A stretch of 58,591 bases of DNA from positions 1 to 58,591 of the IMG/VR virus record IMGVR_UViG_3300045999_002215; one strand, written 5' to 3'. This DNA is from a virus. Lineage: Duplodnaviria > Caudoviricetes. The notes under the pieces are model-generated. The model searched no databases. It was given only the letters and a program-made list of their open reading frames with translations, and was not told where the DNA came from. This document shows, piece by piece, positions 36,453 to 45,837 of the stretch. A program made the position numbers and the translations under genes. Numbering within the stretch: position 1 is the stretch's first letter; every line of letters starts with the position of its first letter.

Positions 36453-36936
36453 GGCGCATCTCCTCGATCAGGTTGAACAGATGTTCTGCCGAGCCGGTCG
36501 GCTCGAGCTTCTTTGCGTAGCTGATGTAGGTGTCGTACACCGCCCGCATACGGCGATTGCCTAGGCTCATCTCGCGCAGGCAAAATAACGCCCCGTGGGC
36601 GATGTCGGCAAATTTGAGGGTGCGCGCGTCTTCCGGGCTAAGCTCAGGGAAGATGATGCCAGATTCAAGCATGAGCCGAAGCTCCAGCTTTTCAACCTGC
36701 TCGCCGATGCCGTATTCGCGCTTGGCCGGAGAGGGGATGTCCCCAGTCCGGTGCTCTGCCAGATCATGAAGCAGCGCGGCAATCAGCAGGGGGCTTGAGG
36801 CGCTCTGGTCAAGCATGAGCACCAAGCAGGCGACCCCGTGAGAGTGGTGACCCACCGTCTCATTTTGAAGGGTCGTGTAGGTGTGGAAGCGAGTTACCTC
36901 GGCACCAGCAAGTATGAAGTCAAGCACGTTCCGCAT
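36439..36936 (-). CDS. HD-domain 5'-deoxynucleotidase (YfbR-like)
   Basis: 'R.H', 'ETVGHHS', 'ALLHDLAE..TGDIPSP.K', 'KFAD'. Confidence 0.85.
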   Translation of the reverse strand: MRNVLDFILAGAEVTRFHTYTTLQNETVGHHSHGVACLVLMLDQSASSPLLIAALLHDLAEHRTGDIPSPAKREYGIGEQVEKLELRLMLESGIIFPELSPEDARTLKFADIAHGALFCLREMSLGNRRMRAVYDTYISYAKKLEPTGSAEHLFNLIEEMRHECE

Positions 36937-36968
36937 TAGCAGTTCTCCAGTTAGAAGTTATAAGGCCA

Positions 36969-36998
36969 ATTATAGCGCGGGTGTTTTGCAAAAGGCAA
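36969..36998 (-). promoter_or_regulatory. Sigma70-like promoter TTGCCT-N18-TATAAT
   Basis: Read on the - strand upstream of the HD/polymerase genes. Confidence 0.65.
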
Positions 36999-36999
36999 G

Positions 37000-38007
37000 T
37001 CATTTCTTTCCCATAGTTTTCATCAGCTTACGTTTCTCACGGCGGTCGATCCAGTCAAACACCGCCTTGCGCCAATCATCAGCTCGGATCTGCTGAGCGT
37101 AGTAGCGTCCGTCACCGGACTGTGTCTTACGCGCTCGGCTGACCAGAGCCATCGGGCGAGCTGCGTAGTCAAAGAACGGGCTGGCGTAGCGGGTGCGCTC
37201 GTCAAACGGGTTTTCGCAGAACGCCTCGCACTCTTCAAGGAACCGCTCATAATCGCTGTCAATCATCAGCGGAGACGGCACTACCGCGCCCCGAGAGTAA
37301 TGGTCGTATTCTTCTGAGACAGGCGGACTCAGGAGGTACGGAGTGGCGTCGTACAGCTCCGTATACAGGTGAAGGTTATTGCTCACCTGACGGTAGACGC
37401 CGACCGGATGGCCTGTCGCCGCTGCCACGAACTCCTGCAACACGCTAAAGTGCACCGCGTTGGCCCCGTATGCGCCCCACCAGATGTCATTGCTGCGGTT
37501 GAACACGGTCATGTTCAAGCGACCTTTACGCACGTCAAACACAATCTGCGTGTTGCACGCCTTGTCCTTCGTGTTCTTGGCGAGGTCGGCGCTGTCCCAG
37601 ATTTGAATAACCGCCTGCCGCGTAGCGTGGTCGCGACGTAGCAGCCTGATAACTTCGGTAAGCTGGTCGCGCCCAAAGTGGTTACGCCAGCGATGGCCGT
37701 AAGCCGCGTTGAAGTTTGCGCCGTCGTCGCTAAAGTCACCCATGCGCGAGTTGAACTGCGTCAGGAACGCGACGTCCTTACGCCCTGCCAGCATCCAGAC
37801 GGACTCCATGAGGTGAAAGATCGGGTTTGCGTCTCGCCCCTCATGAAACAGAACCCTCTCTGTTGGTCGGGTGTAGACCGTGGTCACCATCTCCGGGTGC
37901 ACGATTGCCGGCCCGTTGCGAGTGTGCTCAGGCTCGAGGTTCAGCACCTTGAGCTTCCAGAATATCTCGCTGAACGCTTGGTTCACGTTACGAACTACAA
38001 GTTCCAT
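37000..38007 (-). CDS. Thymidylate-synthase-family dUMP hydroxymethyltransferase
   Basis: 'AAYGHRWR', 'DQL', 'TRQAV', catalytic Cys in 'KACN', 'NRSND', Asn in 'GANAVHF' (dUMP-type); clustered with hypermodification genes. Confidence 0.85.
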   Translation of the reverse strand: MELVVRNVNQAFSEIFWKLKVLNLEPEHTRNGPAIVHPEMVTTVYTRPTERVLFHEGRDANPIFHLMESVWMLAGRKDVAFLTQFNSRMGDFSDDGANFNAAYGHRWRNHFGRDQLTEVIRLLRRDHATRQAVIQIWDSADLAKNTKDKACNTQIVFDVRKGRLNMTVFNRSNDIWWGAYGANAVHFSVLQEFVAAATGHPVGVYRQVSNNLHLYTELYDATPYLLSPPVSEEYDHYSRGAVVPSPLMIDSDYERFLEECEAFCENPFDERTRYASPFFDYAARPMALVSRARKTQSGDGRYYAQQIRADDWRKAVFDWIDRREKRKLMKTMGKK

Positions 38008-38009
38008 AC

Positions 38010-38930
38010 TTAAAACTCCGTTTCAGGAATGTAGGTTGTTTTGGGTTTGCCTTCGCCTAGGACGGTGCGGCAATACTTGCTGAACTCACACATGCAGTTC
38101 TGAACGTCGTGCAGCGTGAGGTCGTCAATCTCAAGCTCATCTATCACCGCATCGCGGATCTTGACAAGCTCATAGTTGAAGTTGTCCTGCGTCCATCCGG
38201 CGCTCGGGCTGCGGTTGAGCAGGTAATTCAGCCCGCGACTGCTGCCGGGGCCGATGGGCGCGTAAGTGTTCAGGTCTGCCGCAGAACCGAGCTGAGTGCA
38301 ATAGGTGAGGTCGGCGGCGACCTGCCCTGCCATGAACGTGCTGATGCCAAAACTACCCGACAGCTCTTTGACAAAGTCAGAGATCAAAGGCAGCGTCCTG
38401 AATATTGCGTAGTCAATCTCATCACCGATGTTGAGCGCCGGGGCGATGATGTGCTTTGCCACGGCGAGAGACTTGACTCCGCCGGGGTCCATCTTGGTTG
38501 GGTAAACCATGTACGCGCCGGAGTAGACTTTGTTGCCTTCACCTTTGAGCCGCTCTACCGACTCTGAGAAGTCTTGCGGGTCAAAGTCACCGGCTGCGCG
38601 GAACAGAATGCCGTCGTCAATCAGCCTTTGCAGCGTCGGTGGCCAGTTGATGAGCCGCGTGATGAGCAGTATGAACCAGAGGTCTTGGCGGTTCTCGTTC
38701 GGTCTGATAATGCGCTCGATGATCCACTTGGTCACGCGGTCGTCGCGACGGCGGATGTTAGTGAACTTGTATTTGTCAAGCACCGGGTCTTTGGTGTACG
38801 GGCGCTCTCCCCCACCCTCACGGACGATGCGGATCACTTCACGTTCCCAGATGAAGTAGAGGAGCGCGGGCATTGAGCACACGGTGGTCGGGTTGGGCAT
38901 GGGGTAGGGAGCGGTGTTACGCATTTTCAT
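38010..38930 (-). CDS. aGPT-Pplase1 family protein (5-hmdU DNA kinase helical component)
   Basis: 'DPVL..YKFTNIRR.DDR', 'FMAGQVAADL', 'GPGS.RGL', 'DVQNCMCEFSKY'. Confidence 0.82.
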   Translation of the reverse strand: MKMRNTAPYPMPNPTTVCSMPALLYFIWEREVIRIVREGGGERPYTKDPVLDKYKFTNIRRRDDRVTKWIIERIIRPNENRQDLWFILLITRLINWPPTLQRLIDDGILFRAAGDFDPQDFSESVERLKGEGNKVYSGAYMVYPTKMDPGGVKSLAVAKHIIAPALNIGDEIDYAIFRTLPLISDFVKELSGSFGISTFMAGQVAADLTYCTQLGSAADLNTYAPIGPGSSRGLNYLLNRSPSAGWTQDNFNYELVKIRDAVIDELEIDDLTLHDVQNCMCEFSKYCRTVLGEGKPKTTYIPETEF

Positions 38931-39498
38931 ATTCCCGGATGATTTCAAGTAGCGCGGGGTGAGTGTTTTTGTGGTCGATCAGGCGCACGTCGTAGCCGCC
39001 TTCTTTGCGCAGGTTCTTGTAGCAGTTGACCACAGACTCAAACTTGTCAATCAAGTTCTTGGGGTCAAACGCTTTCTCGTTACCGGCTTCCAAGCGCCGA
39101 CCCTTCACCCTCTCAATGCAGAGGTCCTGCGGGGTGTCGAGGAACGCATAAGCGTCACAGCCTGTGGGGTGGATGGTTTGCGTTACCTGCCCTGCGAGAC
39201 CGCTCGCTGAGACCAAAGCGCCTTCATACAGCACGTGACCTAGCGGGTGCGCCTTCATGATCTTCTCGGCAATCTCCGCCTGCGTCTTGATGGCGTCTGT
39301 GCCGCCGCAAGTGTTGTCGTATTTGCCCACGACGAACACCGGAGCCGTGACACCCGCCGTGGTCAGGTCCAGCCGGTAACCCGCGATCTTGTTACCGCTC
39401 ATCAGCATCTGGTTGGGGTAGCCGTTCAGGAACTCCCGCATAGCGGTCGTCTTGCCCGAGCCGAACGTGCCCGCGATTCTGAGTATGACGTGTTTCAT
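38917..39498 (-). CDS. P-loop 5-hmdU DNA kinase
   Basis: 'GTFGSGKTT', 'GKY...CGGTD', 'VLYEG', 'LDTP...C..RV..RR'. Confidence 0.8.
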   Translation of the reverse strand: MKHVILRIAGTFGSGKTTAMREFLNGYPNQMLMSGNKIAGYRLDLTTAGVTAPVFVVGKYDNTCGGTDAIKTQAEIAEKIMKAHPLGHVLYEGALVSASGLAGQVTQTIHPTGCDAYAFLDTPQDLCIERVKGRRLEAGNEKAFDPKNLIDKFESVVNCYKNLRKEGGYDVRLIDHKNTHPALLEIIREYENA

Positions 39499-40499
39499 AG
39501 GAAGTGTTCCCCTCTGAACGGCATCCCCGTCTCCGGGAACAGCGCCGCCTTTTGCTTGATCGTGAGTCGCGGACCCTTGGCGCACTCGTCGCGCAACCAT
39601 TCGGGCAGCAACTCGCTGCGGATGTCTTTGAACGTCTCGGTATACTTTGACTGGCCGCGAGACTCAGCCCACTCAATCCGCTCCCAGGCCATGTCGGCGT
39701 AAACGCCGGGGTAGCGGCGACCGAAGAAGTGGTTCTTGAACGTGCACAGGTTGCTCTCCATGGTGAACTTGCTGACGTCGGGAACGCCGGTGTGCATCGT
39801 TTTGAACGCCCCCAGAAAGATGTCAGCCCTCTCGTTGAGAAAGCCGCACATCTTCTTGAAGTTCTCGTAGTTGCCGTCAAACCCGTTGTTGGCGCGCTTG
39901 TCCCATACGAGATTATCAAACCCGAGCAGGAACAGCATGCCGTTGCGGTGCGACTTGCTGCCTGACTTGTCTTCAAAGAGAAGGTCGTCGCAGTCGGCCC
40001 CAAAGCCGTTCAGGAACACGTACTCCAAATAGGAGAAAGATGACAAGCGCCCAAACGAGTAGTAGCGGTTGCGCACGAGCTTCCAAAGCTCTTCGTACGT
40101 CTTACCCGTGAGCATGGCCTCTTGAGAGCCGTGTTCCTCCACCAGCCGAGCGTAAACCCTGATGGCTTCAACGGTGTCGCGCTTTTGGTAACGGCGGTCA
40201 GTGTCAAACTGCAGGGTGTCCCACTCAGCATTGAACCAGTCTTCAAACCGCTTGAGAGTTGCGCTCGCCGGGGGAACCGACGGGAGCTGATCAAACAGGC
40301 GGAGCGACGTGATGGGGTTCTGCGTCATGCCGTTCAAGAAGGCGAACCACAGCCGCTGCTCGGCATCCCAGTTGTTGCGAGTGGCAAGCTCAGGCATGTA
40401 AAGGTAAACCAGCCCCGGCATGACCCCGTGGCTCAAGTTCAGGTCGTACAGCTTGTAGAAGTAACTCCCGCGCGTGTCTACGGTGCGATAGTCAATCAT
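39495..40499 (-). CDS. aGPT-Pplase2 / amino acid:DNA transferase
   Basis: HhH-like 'FGRLSSFSYLEY', 'FDTDRRYQK', 'ESNLCTFK', 'RRYPGVY'. Confidence 0.8.
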   Translation of the reverse strand: MIDYRTVDTRGSYFYKLYDLNLSHGVMPGLVYLYMPELATRNNWDAEQRLWFAFLNGMTQNPITSLRLFDQLPSVPPASATLKRFEDWFNAEWDTLQFDTDRRYQKRDTVEAIRVYARLVEEHGSQEAMLTGKTYEELWKLVRNRYYSFGRLSSFSYLEYVFLNGFGADCDDLLFEDKSGSKSHRNGMLFLLGFDNLVWDKRANNGFDGNYENFKKMCGFLNERADIFLGAFKTMHTGVPDVSKFTMESNLCTFKNHFFGRRYPGVYADMAWERIEWAESRGQSKYTETFKDIRSELLPEWLRDECAKGPRLTIKQKAALFPETGMPFRGEHFL

Positions 40500-40680
40500 C
40501 TTGATACTCCTCGTTATCCAGTTTCTTTATCAGAGCGGGAACTTTGCGCCACTTGTATATGCTCGCGGTCGAGACGCTATAAAGAGCTGCAGCGTTTTTC
40601 ACACCAAAACGCTCGGCAGAGCGCAAAGCCCCAATACGAAGGTCGTCGGTAAGCCCGTAGTCAGGATGTAACCCGGTCAT
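40492..40680 (-). CDS. Small HTH protein
   Basis: 'GVKNAAALYSVSTASIYKWR' HTH pattern. Confidence 0.6.
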   Translation of the reverse strand: MTGLHPDYGLTDDLRIGALRSAERFGVKNAAALYSVSTASIYKWRKVPALIKKLDNEEYQDD

Positions 40681-40847
40681 TTCACGCAACTCCCCTGCAC
40701 CCACTGCTTGTCGGCGGCGATGCACTGTTCGTAGCGCAACTGACTTTTCTCCGTCTCATCGAAGATCACCTGACCCAGCCCGTAGATGAAGAACGCAAGG
40801 CAGGCGATGCCCGCCAGCGGCACGATGTTGTCCCAGAAGTCTCTCAT
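40677..40847 (-). CDS. Small membrane protein
   Basis: N-terminal TM and a C-terminal Cys pair. Confidence 0.55.
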   Translation of the reverse strand: MRDFWDNIVPLAGIACLAFFIYGLGQVIFDETEKSQLRYEQCIAADKQWVQGSCVK

Positions 40848-41092
40848 CTGCGCCCCCTGTTCCAAGCCAGCCGCGATATTTTGTTCGCCAGATCGTCGAG
40901 CTCCTCAACGCTAATATCGCGATTGTCAAGCAGTGCCGTATAGATCGCCGCCGTCAACCGCTTGCTGGGCAACACCGCCGACCCTTGAATTATCGCAGCT
41001 ACCGCCTCTGACTGCACGTCACGTACCGGCATCAGCCTCTCTTGTTTACGTCCGAATATCATCGTCATTATCTCCTTCAGATAACTGTTCAT
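40844..41092 (-). CDS. Hypothetical protein
   Basis: ATGA-coupled 82-aa ORF. Confidence 0.55.
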   Translation of the reverse strand: MNSYLKEIMTMIFGRKQERLMPVRDVQSEAVAAIIQGSAVLPSKRLTAAIYTALLDNRDISVEELDDLANKISRLAWNRGRR

Positions 41093-43221
41093 AGTCCGTA
41101 TTTGCCCCGCTCGGTCGCCTCCACCACAGCCTCGTTCACACGCAGGTAATGGTTAGCGCGGCCTTGCGGTTTTTCAAGCTCTACCCGCTCTAGCGAGCCG
41201 TCATTGAGCAGCGACTCGATGGCGCGCTCTTTGCGCTCCTGCGAGCATTTGACACCGCCCTTGAGCACCGGGAGCCGTTCGTAGTACGAGCGGGACTTGC
41301 CGGGGTCGCGGCGCACAAGTTCAATCAGGTCGTTGCAGATGCGCGACCACTGCTCTTGCTCCTTCTGTTCCTTGCGGTCTTCCTTAAGCTGCACTCGTTC
41401 TCCGGGCTTGAGCGGGCGAGCCACCGAGTGAGAGAACCAGATCTCTTTGTCGTAGCCCAACACATCCTTATGCACCTGCTTGTTTGACACGAGGTCAAAG
41501 GTAAGCTCTGAGAACTCGACCGGGAAGCGAACCTTGGTTGCCTTGAGCACACGCGGCGCTTCTTGGTCCTCGCCATCTTTGAACACCGTGTACACGCCCT
41601 GCGCGTCACCTGTCCAGGCCGAAGCCCCGCGCGGTGACAAGTAGTCCGACTCGCCGGAGCCGAGCGCCTTGGCGGTGTGGCTGACGATGATGATTGGGAA
41701 CGCGCTGAAAGCCTGCTTTATGTAAGCCATCGCGCGACCAACTTCTGCGTTGTCGTTTTCATTCTCAAGGTCAAACACCGCGTTCGCGGTATCAAACACG
41801 ACCAGCGGGAGAGCCTCATAAGCTGTGCCGTCCGCCTTCTCGTTACCTACCGTCCACTCCTTGTACTCCTCAGCAACCTGCGCGACTATCTTCGGGTCCA
41901 TCCTCTGGGCGCTGATGACGCGAACCCTCTCGTCAAAGTCAGACACGTGCATCCCGGTGTAGCCCCAAGAGTAGAGCGAGTAGATGACGCGCTGAACCTG
42001 CACAACAGACTCAGTGATGATGATAACATTGCGCCGCACTGCGGGCTTGAGAGCGTAGTCGTGCGGGCAGAGGTGCGCTGTGGCAAGGGCCATGGGCACG
42101 ATGAGCGTAGTCTTACCGACACCGGGCGCACCAGCAACCACGTTCACGCCGGTGCTCATAAAGTCGTCGTAGATGTATTCAAAGACCGTGACCTGCCCCG
42201 CGCCGGACAACACTGAACGCTTGAGGCTGAGGGGATGTTCATCGCCGGAGGGTGCGGTCTCCCCGCTGGCAACGGTGGAGGCAGGCGTGTTGCCCGACCA
42301 TCCGTTGTCGATAGCCATGCGGAAGATGCTGCGGTAAGTGATTGAGTGGGGCCGGTCAATGTCGCGCTCCCACTTGCGCCTCTGAGCTGCGGCATCAAAC
42401 TTGTCGCTGGTTGCTGCCCACTCAGTCCAGATCTTGTAACCGTTCTCGCCGTAAGGCTTGAGTACCATGCCCACATTGACCCACGTTGTGTAGTCGTCGG
42501 CGTCTACGTGCTTCAGCGCCGAGCGCAGGTCGTCAAAGGTTTGCGCCGTGGCGACCGGAACACCTCCCCGCTCGGTCAGTGAGTAATTCACCGGAGCTCG
42601 AGCCTTGTCAGCAATCAGAGTGGGCAGCGGAGAGGGTCGCGCCGGTGACGACTGGCTGAGCGGGGAGCGGCCCTGGGCCCAACGGTAGTCGCCCGACGGT
42701 CCCAGCGTGGGCGCAACGCAGATATAACCCTGATGCTTGAGGTCTAGTCCCTTGCCGAGTGTGCCGGGGTAGGTCATCGCCGCGTCAGCCCGGAACAGCC
42801 GGTGCTCTCCTCCGCCCTGCGTGATTGCCGTGCAGTCCGAGTGCAACACCCCGTGCTCAGCTTCTATTGCCGACAGAGACTCCTGTCCGCCGTTCTGCGG
42901 GTCAATGTCTAGCGCCAACAGCCCGGAGTCTGCGAGGCTGATGCCTATGCCCGCCTCGGGGTCCGTGGCCCACCAGTCCCGGATAGTCTGTTCGTTAATG
43001 CTCGCGTCTTGGTGTCCGTGCGGCACAAGGCTTGACTGCGGGTGCTTACCCGGCTTGTGGCCCTTCTCATTATTGGGTCGCCCGCAGCGACACTGACCTT
43101 GTTCGTCAACTGACCATACCGGCAACACGTGCCAGCCGAGCCGCGCATACGCCAGTGCGTAATCGAGAGGCTTGGGCTGTTCGTTTACGGCCCAGATGTG
43201 TTTGGGCGGCTTACTGCTCAT
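41089..43221 (-). CDS. Primase-polymerase (Prim-Pol) + PriCT-2 + RecA-like helicase + C-terminal domain
   Basis: 'LDIDP', 'TQGGGEH', 'DLK..GY'; 'DDYTTWVNVGM.L'; Walker A 'GAPGVGKT', 'VVFDT', 'PRGASAW'. Confidence 0.88.
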   Translation of the reverse strand: MSSKPPKHIWAVNEQPKPLDYALAYARLGWHVLPVWSVDEQGQCRCGRPNNEKGHKPGKHPQSSLVPHGHQDASINEQTIRDWWATDPEAGIGISLADSGLLALDIDPQNGGQESLSAIEAEHGVLHSDCTAITQGGGEHRLFRADAAMTYPGTLGKGLDLKHQGYICVAPTLGPSGDYRWAQGRSPLSQSSPARPSPLPTLIADKARAPVNYSLTERGGVPVATAQTFDDLRSALKHVDADDYTTWVNVGMVLKPYGENGYKIWTEWAATSDKFDAAAQRRKWERDIDRPHSITYRSIFRMAIDNGWSGNTPASTVASGETAPSGDEHPLSLKRSVLSGAGQVTVFEYIYDDFMSTGVNVVAGAPGVGKTTLIVPMALATAHLCPHDYALKPAVRRNVIIITESVVQVQRVIYSLYSWGYTGMHVSDFDERVRVISAQRMDPKIVAQVAEEYKEWTVGNEKADGTAYEALPLVVFDTANAVFDLENENDNAEVGRAMAYIKQAFSAFPIIIVSHTAKALGSGESDYLSPRGASAWTGDAQGVYTVFKDGEDQEAPRVLKATKVRFPVEFSELTFDLVSNKQVHKDVLGYDKEIWFSHSVARPLKPGERVQLKEDRKEQKEQEQWSRICNDLIELVRRDPGKSRSYYERLPVLKGGVKCSQERKERAIESLLNDGSLERVELEKPQGRANHYLRVNEAVVEATERGKYGL

Positions 43222-44759
43222 TGGGTATCTCCAAAGTGCTCCTCAATCACATTCCAATAGCGTCCGGACTTGCGCACTGTGACCGCGTAGGGTTGACGAG
43301 CGCCTTTCATCTGCCACGATAGTGAACGGGCGGGGGAAGGTAGATTTACGGCCAACGCGCGACTGTTGAAGAACTCCAGCGTGGCGCGGTTGGGGGACTC
43401 GGTGTTGATGAACTGAGAGGCGTCGATGCGTGCGCCTTCGGGGGTGGTGCAGGTGTACTGCACGAGCAGCACCGGGGCGTCGGGTGCGCGCCGGGTAGGT
43501 ATCGCCACGCTGTTGACTGCGTGAACCTGAGCGATTATGGCGGAGCCCTCGGTGGCCTCCTTGCCGGTCATGGGGTCGATGGGGGCGAGGGTGCGCACAC
43601 CGGGGTAAATCTTGCGCTCGCGCCGGACGTAAGGCTTACTCGGCACAGCCTCAACTTCAACGCGACCCTGCTCGCGGTAGAACGTCTCGTACATGTCTAC
43701 GCCGCCGAGCCGGATGAGGTTGCCCACGTAGTCAAGCACGAGGCAGTTCTTTTTGCTCGGGTGTAGGCGTGTGCCGCGACCCTGAATCTGAACCCACAGA
43801 GACGATGAAAGCGTGGGGCGGAGGCAAACAATGCAGTCGAGCGCCGGGAAGTCGAAGCCCGTGGTGATCATGTCAACCGAGCACAGGACCCGGACCTCTC
43901 CCGAGCCGAACCGGGCGAACGCTGCGTCGCGCTGGTCTTGGCGGAGACCGCCGTGCAAGACCTCGGTTGTCCAGCCGGTCACATCATTGATGATCTGCGC
44001 TGTGCGCTGAGCTGCGGCCACGGTGGGGCAGTAAACGGCGACGTGGTTGCGCTTCCCGGCCAGAGAGACCATCGACTCAGCCACGGCATGCAACCAGTTC
44101 TCGGTCTGCATCTCTTCTACTTCAGACTGCGTGAAGTCGCCCTGCACTGTGACTTCGTCAACGTCGAGCTGAATGGCCGTCTCAACACCGACCAACGGGC
44201 AGAGCCATCCGTCTGCCACAGCGCGAGGCACAGTGTAGTTGTAGGCGAGCTTGTCGAACCAGAACTGCTCTCCGTCGCCGTAAATGGTTCCGTTGTCCAT
44301 TCGCCAAGGCGTGGCGGTCATAGCTACGCGCTGGGCCTGGGGGTAACGGCGGAGGATCGTCTCGTAGAGCGTGGGTTCACCCTCGTTGTGCGGCACACGG
44401 TGCGCCTCGTCGATGATGACGAGGTCCGGCGCTTTGAGTTCCGGCAGCATACCCATCATGCTCTGGATGGTGCCGAACGTAACCCCGCCGAACGTGTCTT
44501 TGCGGTTCAAACCTGCGCAAACTATGGCGGGTTCCATGCCTGTGTAACGGGTGTATGTGGCCGCGTTCTGACCCACGAGCTGTTGAACGTGCGTGAGAGC
44601 CCAAGCCTGTTTGCCGGCAAGGCGGCAGTGCTCAGCGAGGTCTGCAATGATGAGCGACTTACCCGTGCCGGTGGCAAGCTGCAAAACAGGATTAGCGCCC
44701 CGGCCCAATGATTTTAGGGCGGCGGTGACAGCTTCTTGTTGGTAGGGGCGCAGTTGCAT
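43218..44759 (-). CDS. Superfamily 2 DEAH helicase
   Basis: 'LRPYQ', 'ATGTGKS', 'DEAH', 'TATP', 'TGFDFP', 'QIQGRGTR'. Confidence 0.92.
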   Translation of the reverse strand: MQLRPYQQEAVTAALKSLGRGANPVLQLATGTGKSLIIADLAEHCRLAGKQAWALTHVQQLVGQNAATYTRYTGMEPAIVCAGLNRKDTFGGVTFGTIQSMMGMLPELKAPDLVIIDEAHRVPHNEGEPTLYETILRRYPQAQRVAMTATPWRMDNGTIYGDGEQFWFDKLAYNYTVPRAVADGWLCPLVGVETAIQLDVDEVTVQGDFTQSEVEEMQTENWLHAVAESMVSLAGKRNHVAVYCPTVAAAQRTAQIINDVTGWTTEVLHGGLRQDQRDAAFARFGSGEVRVLCSVDMITTGFDFPALDCIVCLRPTLSSSLWVQIQGRGTRLHPSKKNCLVLDYVGNLIRLGGVDMYETFYREQGRVEVEAVPSKPYVRRERKIYPGVRTLAPIDPMTGKEATEGSAIIAQVHAVNSVAIPTRRAPDAPVLLVQYTCTTPEGARIDASQFINTESPNRATLEFFNSRALAVNLPSPARSLSWQMKGARQPYAVTVRKSGRYWNVIEEHFGDTQ

Positions 44760-44787
44760 ACGGTCTCCAGTTATACGTTATCCGGTG

Positions 44788-44883
44788 ATTATGGGCGCGA
44801 TTTTCTCAAAAGGCAAGCGGAAAAACTTTTTTGGCTTAAAAGCAAAAATAACGCTTGCCTTCCACGTTGAATGAAACTATAGT
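44788..44883. promoter_or_regulatory. Back-to-back divergent promoters
   Basis: - strand TTGCCT(44816-44811)-N17-CATAAT; + strand TTGCCT(44855)-N17-TATAGT; A/T-tract spacer between them. Confidence 0.75.
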
Positions 44884-44933
44884 CATTCCATGGCCCACAG
44901 GGGTCGGATAACTCGATAACTGGAGACACGCAC

Positions 44934-45191
44934 ATGGCCGCTCAAACCTTCGCCCAGATCGCAAACGTAGCTAACGCGCTGCCCGTTGGTCGTCCCGAAG
45001 ACCTCGCTGACCGCGTCAAGTACATGGTTTATTGCGCCGAGCTGAACGCTAACGAAACGATCCACTTGGACAAAGCCGCCAGCGAAGCCGACTTCGACGT
45101 CCTGGCTCTCGCCTCGTTGGAAAGCAACCTCTGCTTCTGCGAAGACTATGAAGTCTGCAAGTGGTTCGCCGAGAACGACGTCGCATTCTGA
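44934..45191 (+). CDS. Early hypothetical protein
   Basis: Preceded by the ATAACTGGAGA RBS motif. Confidence 0.7.
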   Translation: MAAQTFAQIANVANALPVGRPEDLADRVKYMVYCAELNANETIHLDKAASEADFDVLALASLESNLCFCEDYEVCKWFAENDVAF

Positions 45192-45218
45192 ACTTAACCC
45201 GATAACTGGAGAACTGAC

Positions 45219-45446
45219 ATGGCCCTTCGCCAAATCACCATGGACCTCGACAGCCCCTACGTCAAGACCTACAAGACCGAGCAGAACCTGATGAAGCGTA
45301 TTGAAGAAGAACGCGACATGTACCCCGACACCGACGACCGCTTCATAGTCGTGTGCACCCCGAAAGGTCGCTGGACCGCCATCGTGGTCCTTGACAAAGC
45401 GAAGGGCGGGTACATTGGCCGCTACGAATCGTTCATGAAGGTGTGA
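45219..45446 (+). CDS. Early hypothetical protein
   Basis: Preceded by ATAACTGGAGA. Confidence 0.7.
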   Translation: MALRQITMDLDSPYVKTYKTEQNLMKRIEEERDMYPDTDDRFIVVCTPKGRWTAIVVLDKAKGGYIGRYESFMKV

Positions 45447-45516
45447 CCTTCCGGTAACCAGCCCTGCGGGGCTGGCATCCAGAAGGCCAACCCTATAACT
45501 GGAGAAGGAGACTCCC

Positions 45517-45774
45517 ATGGCTTACCGTTTCCCTAAAGCTGGCACCTCTACTGCCAAAATGGTCACCCCGGAGACCCTGGTGCTTCTGGCCAACCCTGGC
45601 CGCGCGCCAACCCTGAGCGAAGCCCGCGCACATGCGCGCAACTGGCTCCGCTCCTCTACCTCGGGAGCCACCGGCCTCTACTCGGTCTGCCTGCTCGCAG
45701 ACGACGACCTCGCGATCGTCTTCTTTGGCATCCGGCGCGCTCAGCGCATCGTCTGGAACTTCGGGAAGGCATGA
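45517..45774 (+). CDS. Early hypothetical protein
   Basis: Preceded by ATAACTGGAGA. Confidence 0.7.
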   Translation: MAYRFPKAGTSTAKMVTPETLVLLANPGRAPTLSEARAHARNWLRSSTSGATGLYSVCLLADDDLAIVFFGIRRAQRIVWNFGKA

Positions 45775-45786
45775 GCCGACCCCTGC

Positions 45787-45837
45787 AGGGGGCGTGGAAA
45801 ATGCCCCCTTTACTTTCTTGAAAGACCGCCCTATACT
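45787..45837 (+). promoter_or_regulatory. Terminator hairpin overlapping promoter TTTACT-N17-TATACT
   Basis: AGGGGGC/GCCCCCT stem whose T-rich tail supplies the -35 box. Confidence 0.55.

Noticed and set aside
37000-38007. Ordinary thymidylate synthase or dCMP hydroxymethylase
   Set aside because: Asn at the specificity position argues against dCMP. Adjacency to 5-hmdU kinase/transferase genes and the lack of a DHFR favour dUMP hydroxymethylase, though this is not proven.
38917-38948. Programmed frameshift fusing the P-loop kinase to aGPT-Pplase1
   Set aside because: The overlap (ATGAAAATGCGTAA) offers in-frame ATG starts typical of translational coupling, and no slippery heptamer was seen.
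40492-40680. Lysogeny repressor
   Set aside because: A lone short HTH with no peptidase domain, and no integrase, partition genes or cI/cro arrangement.
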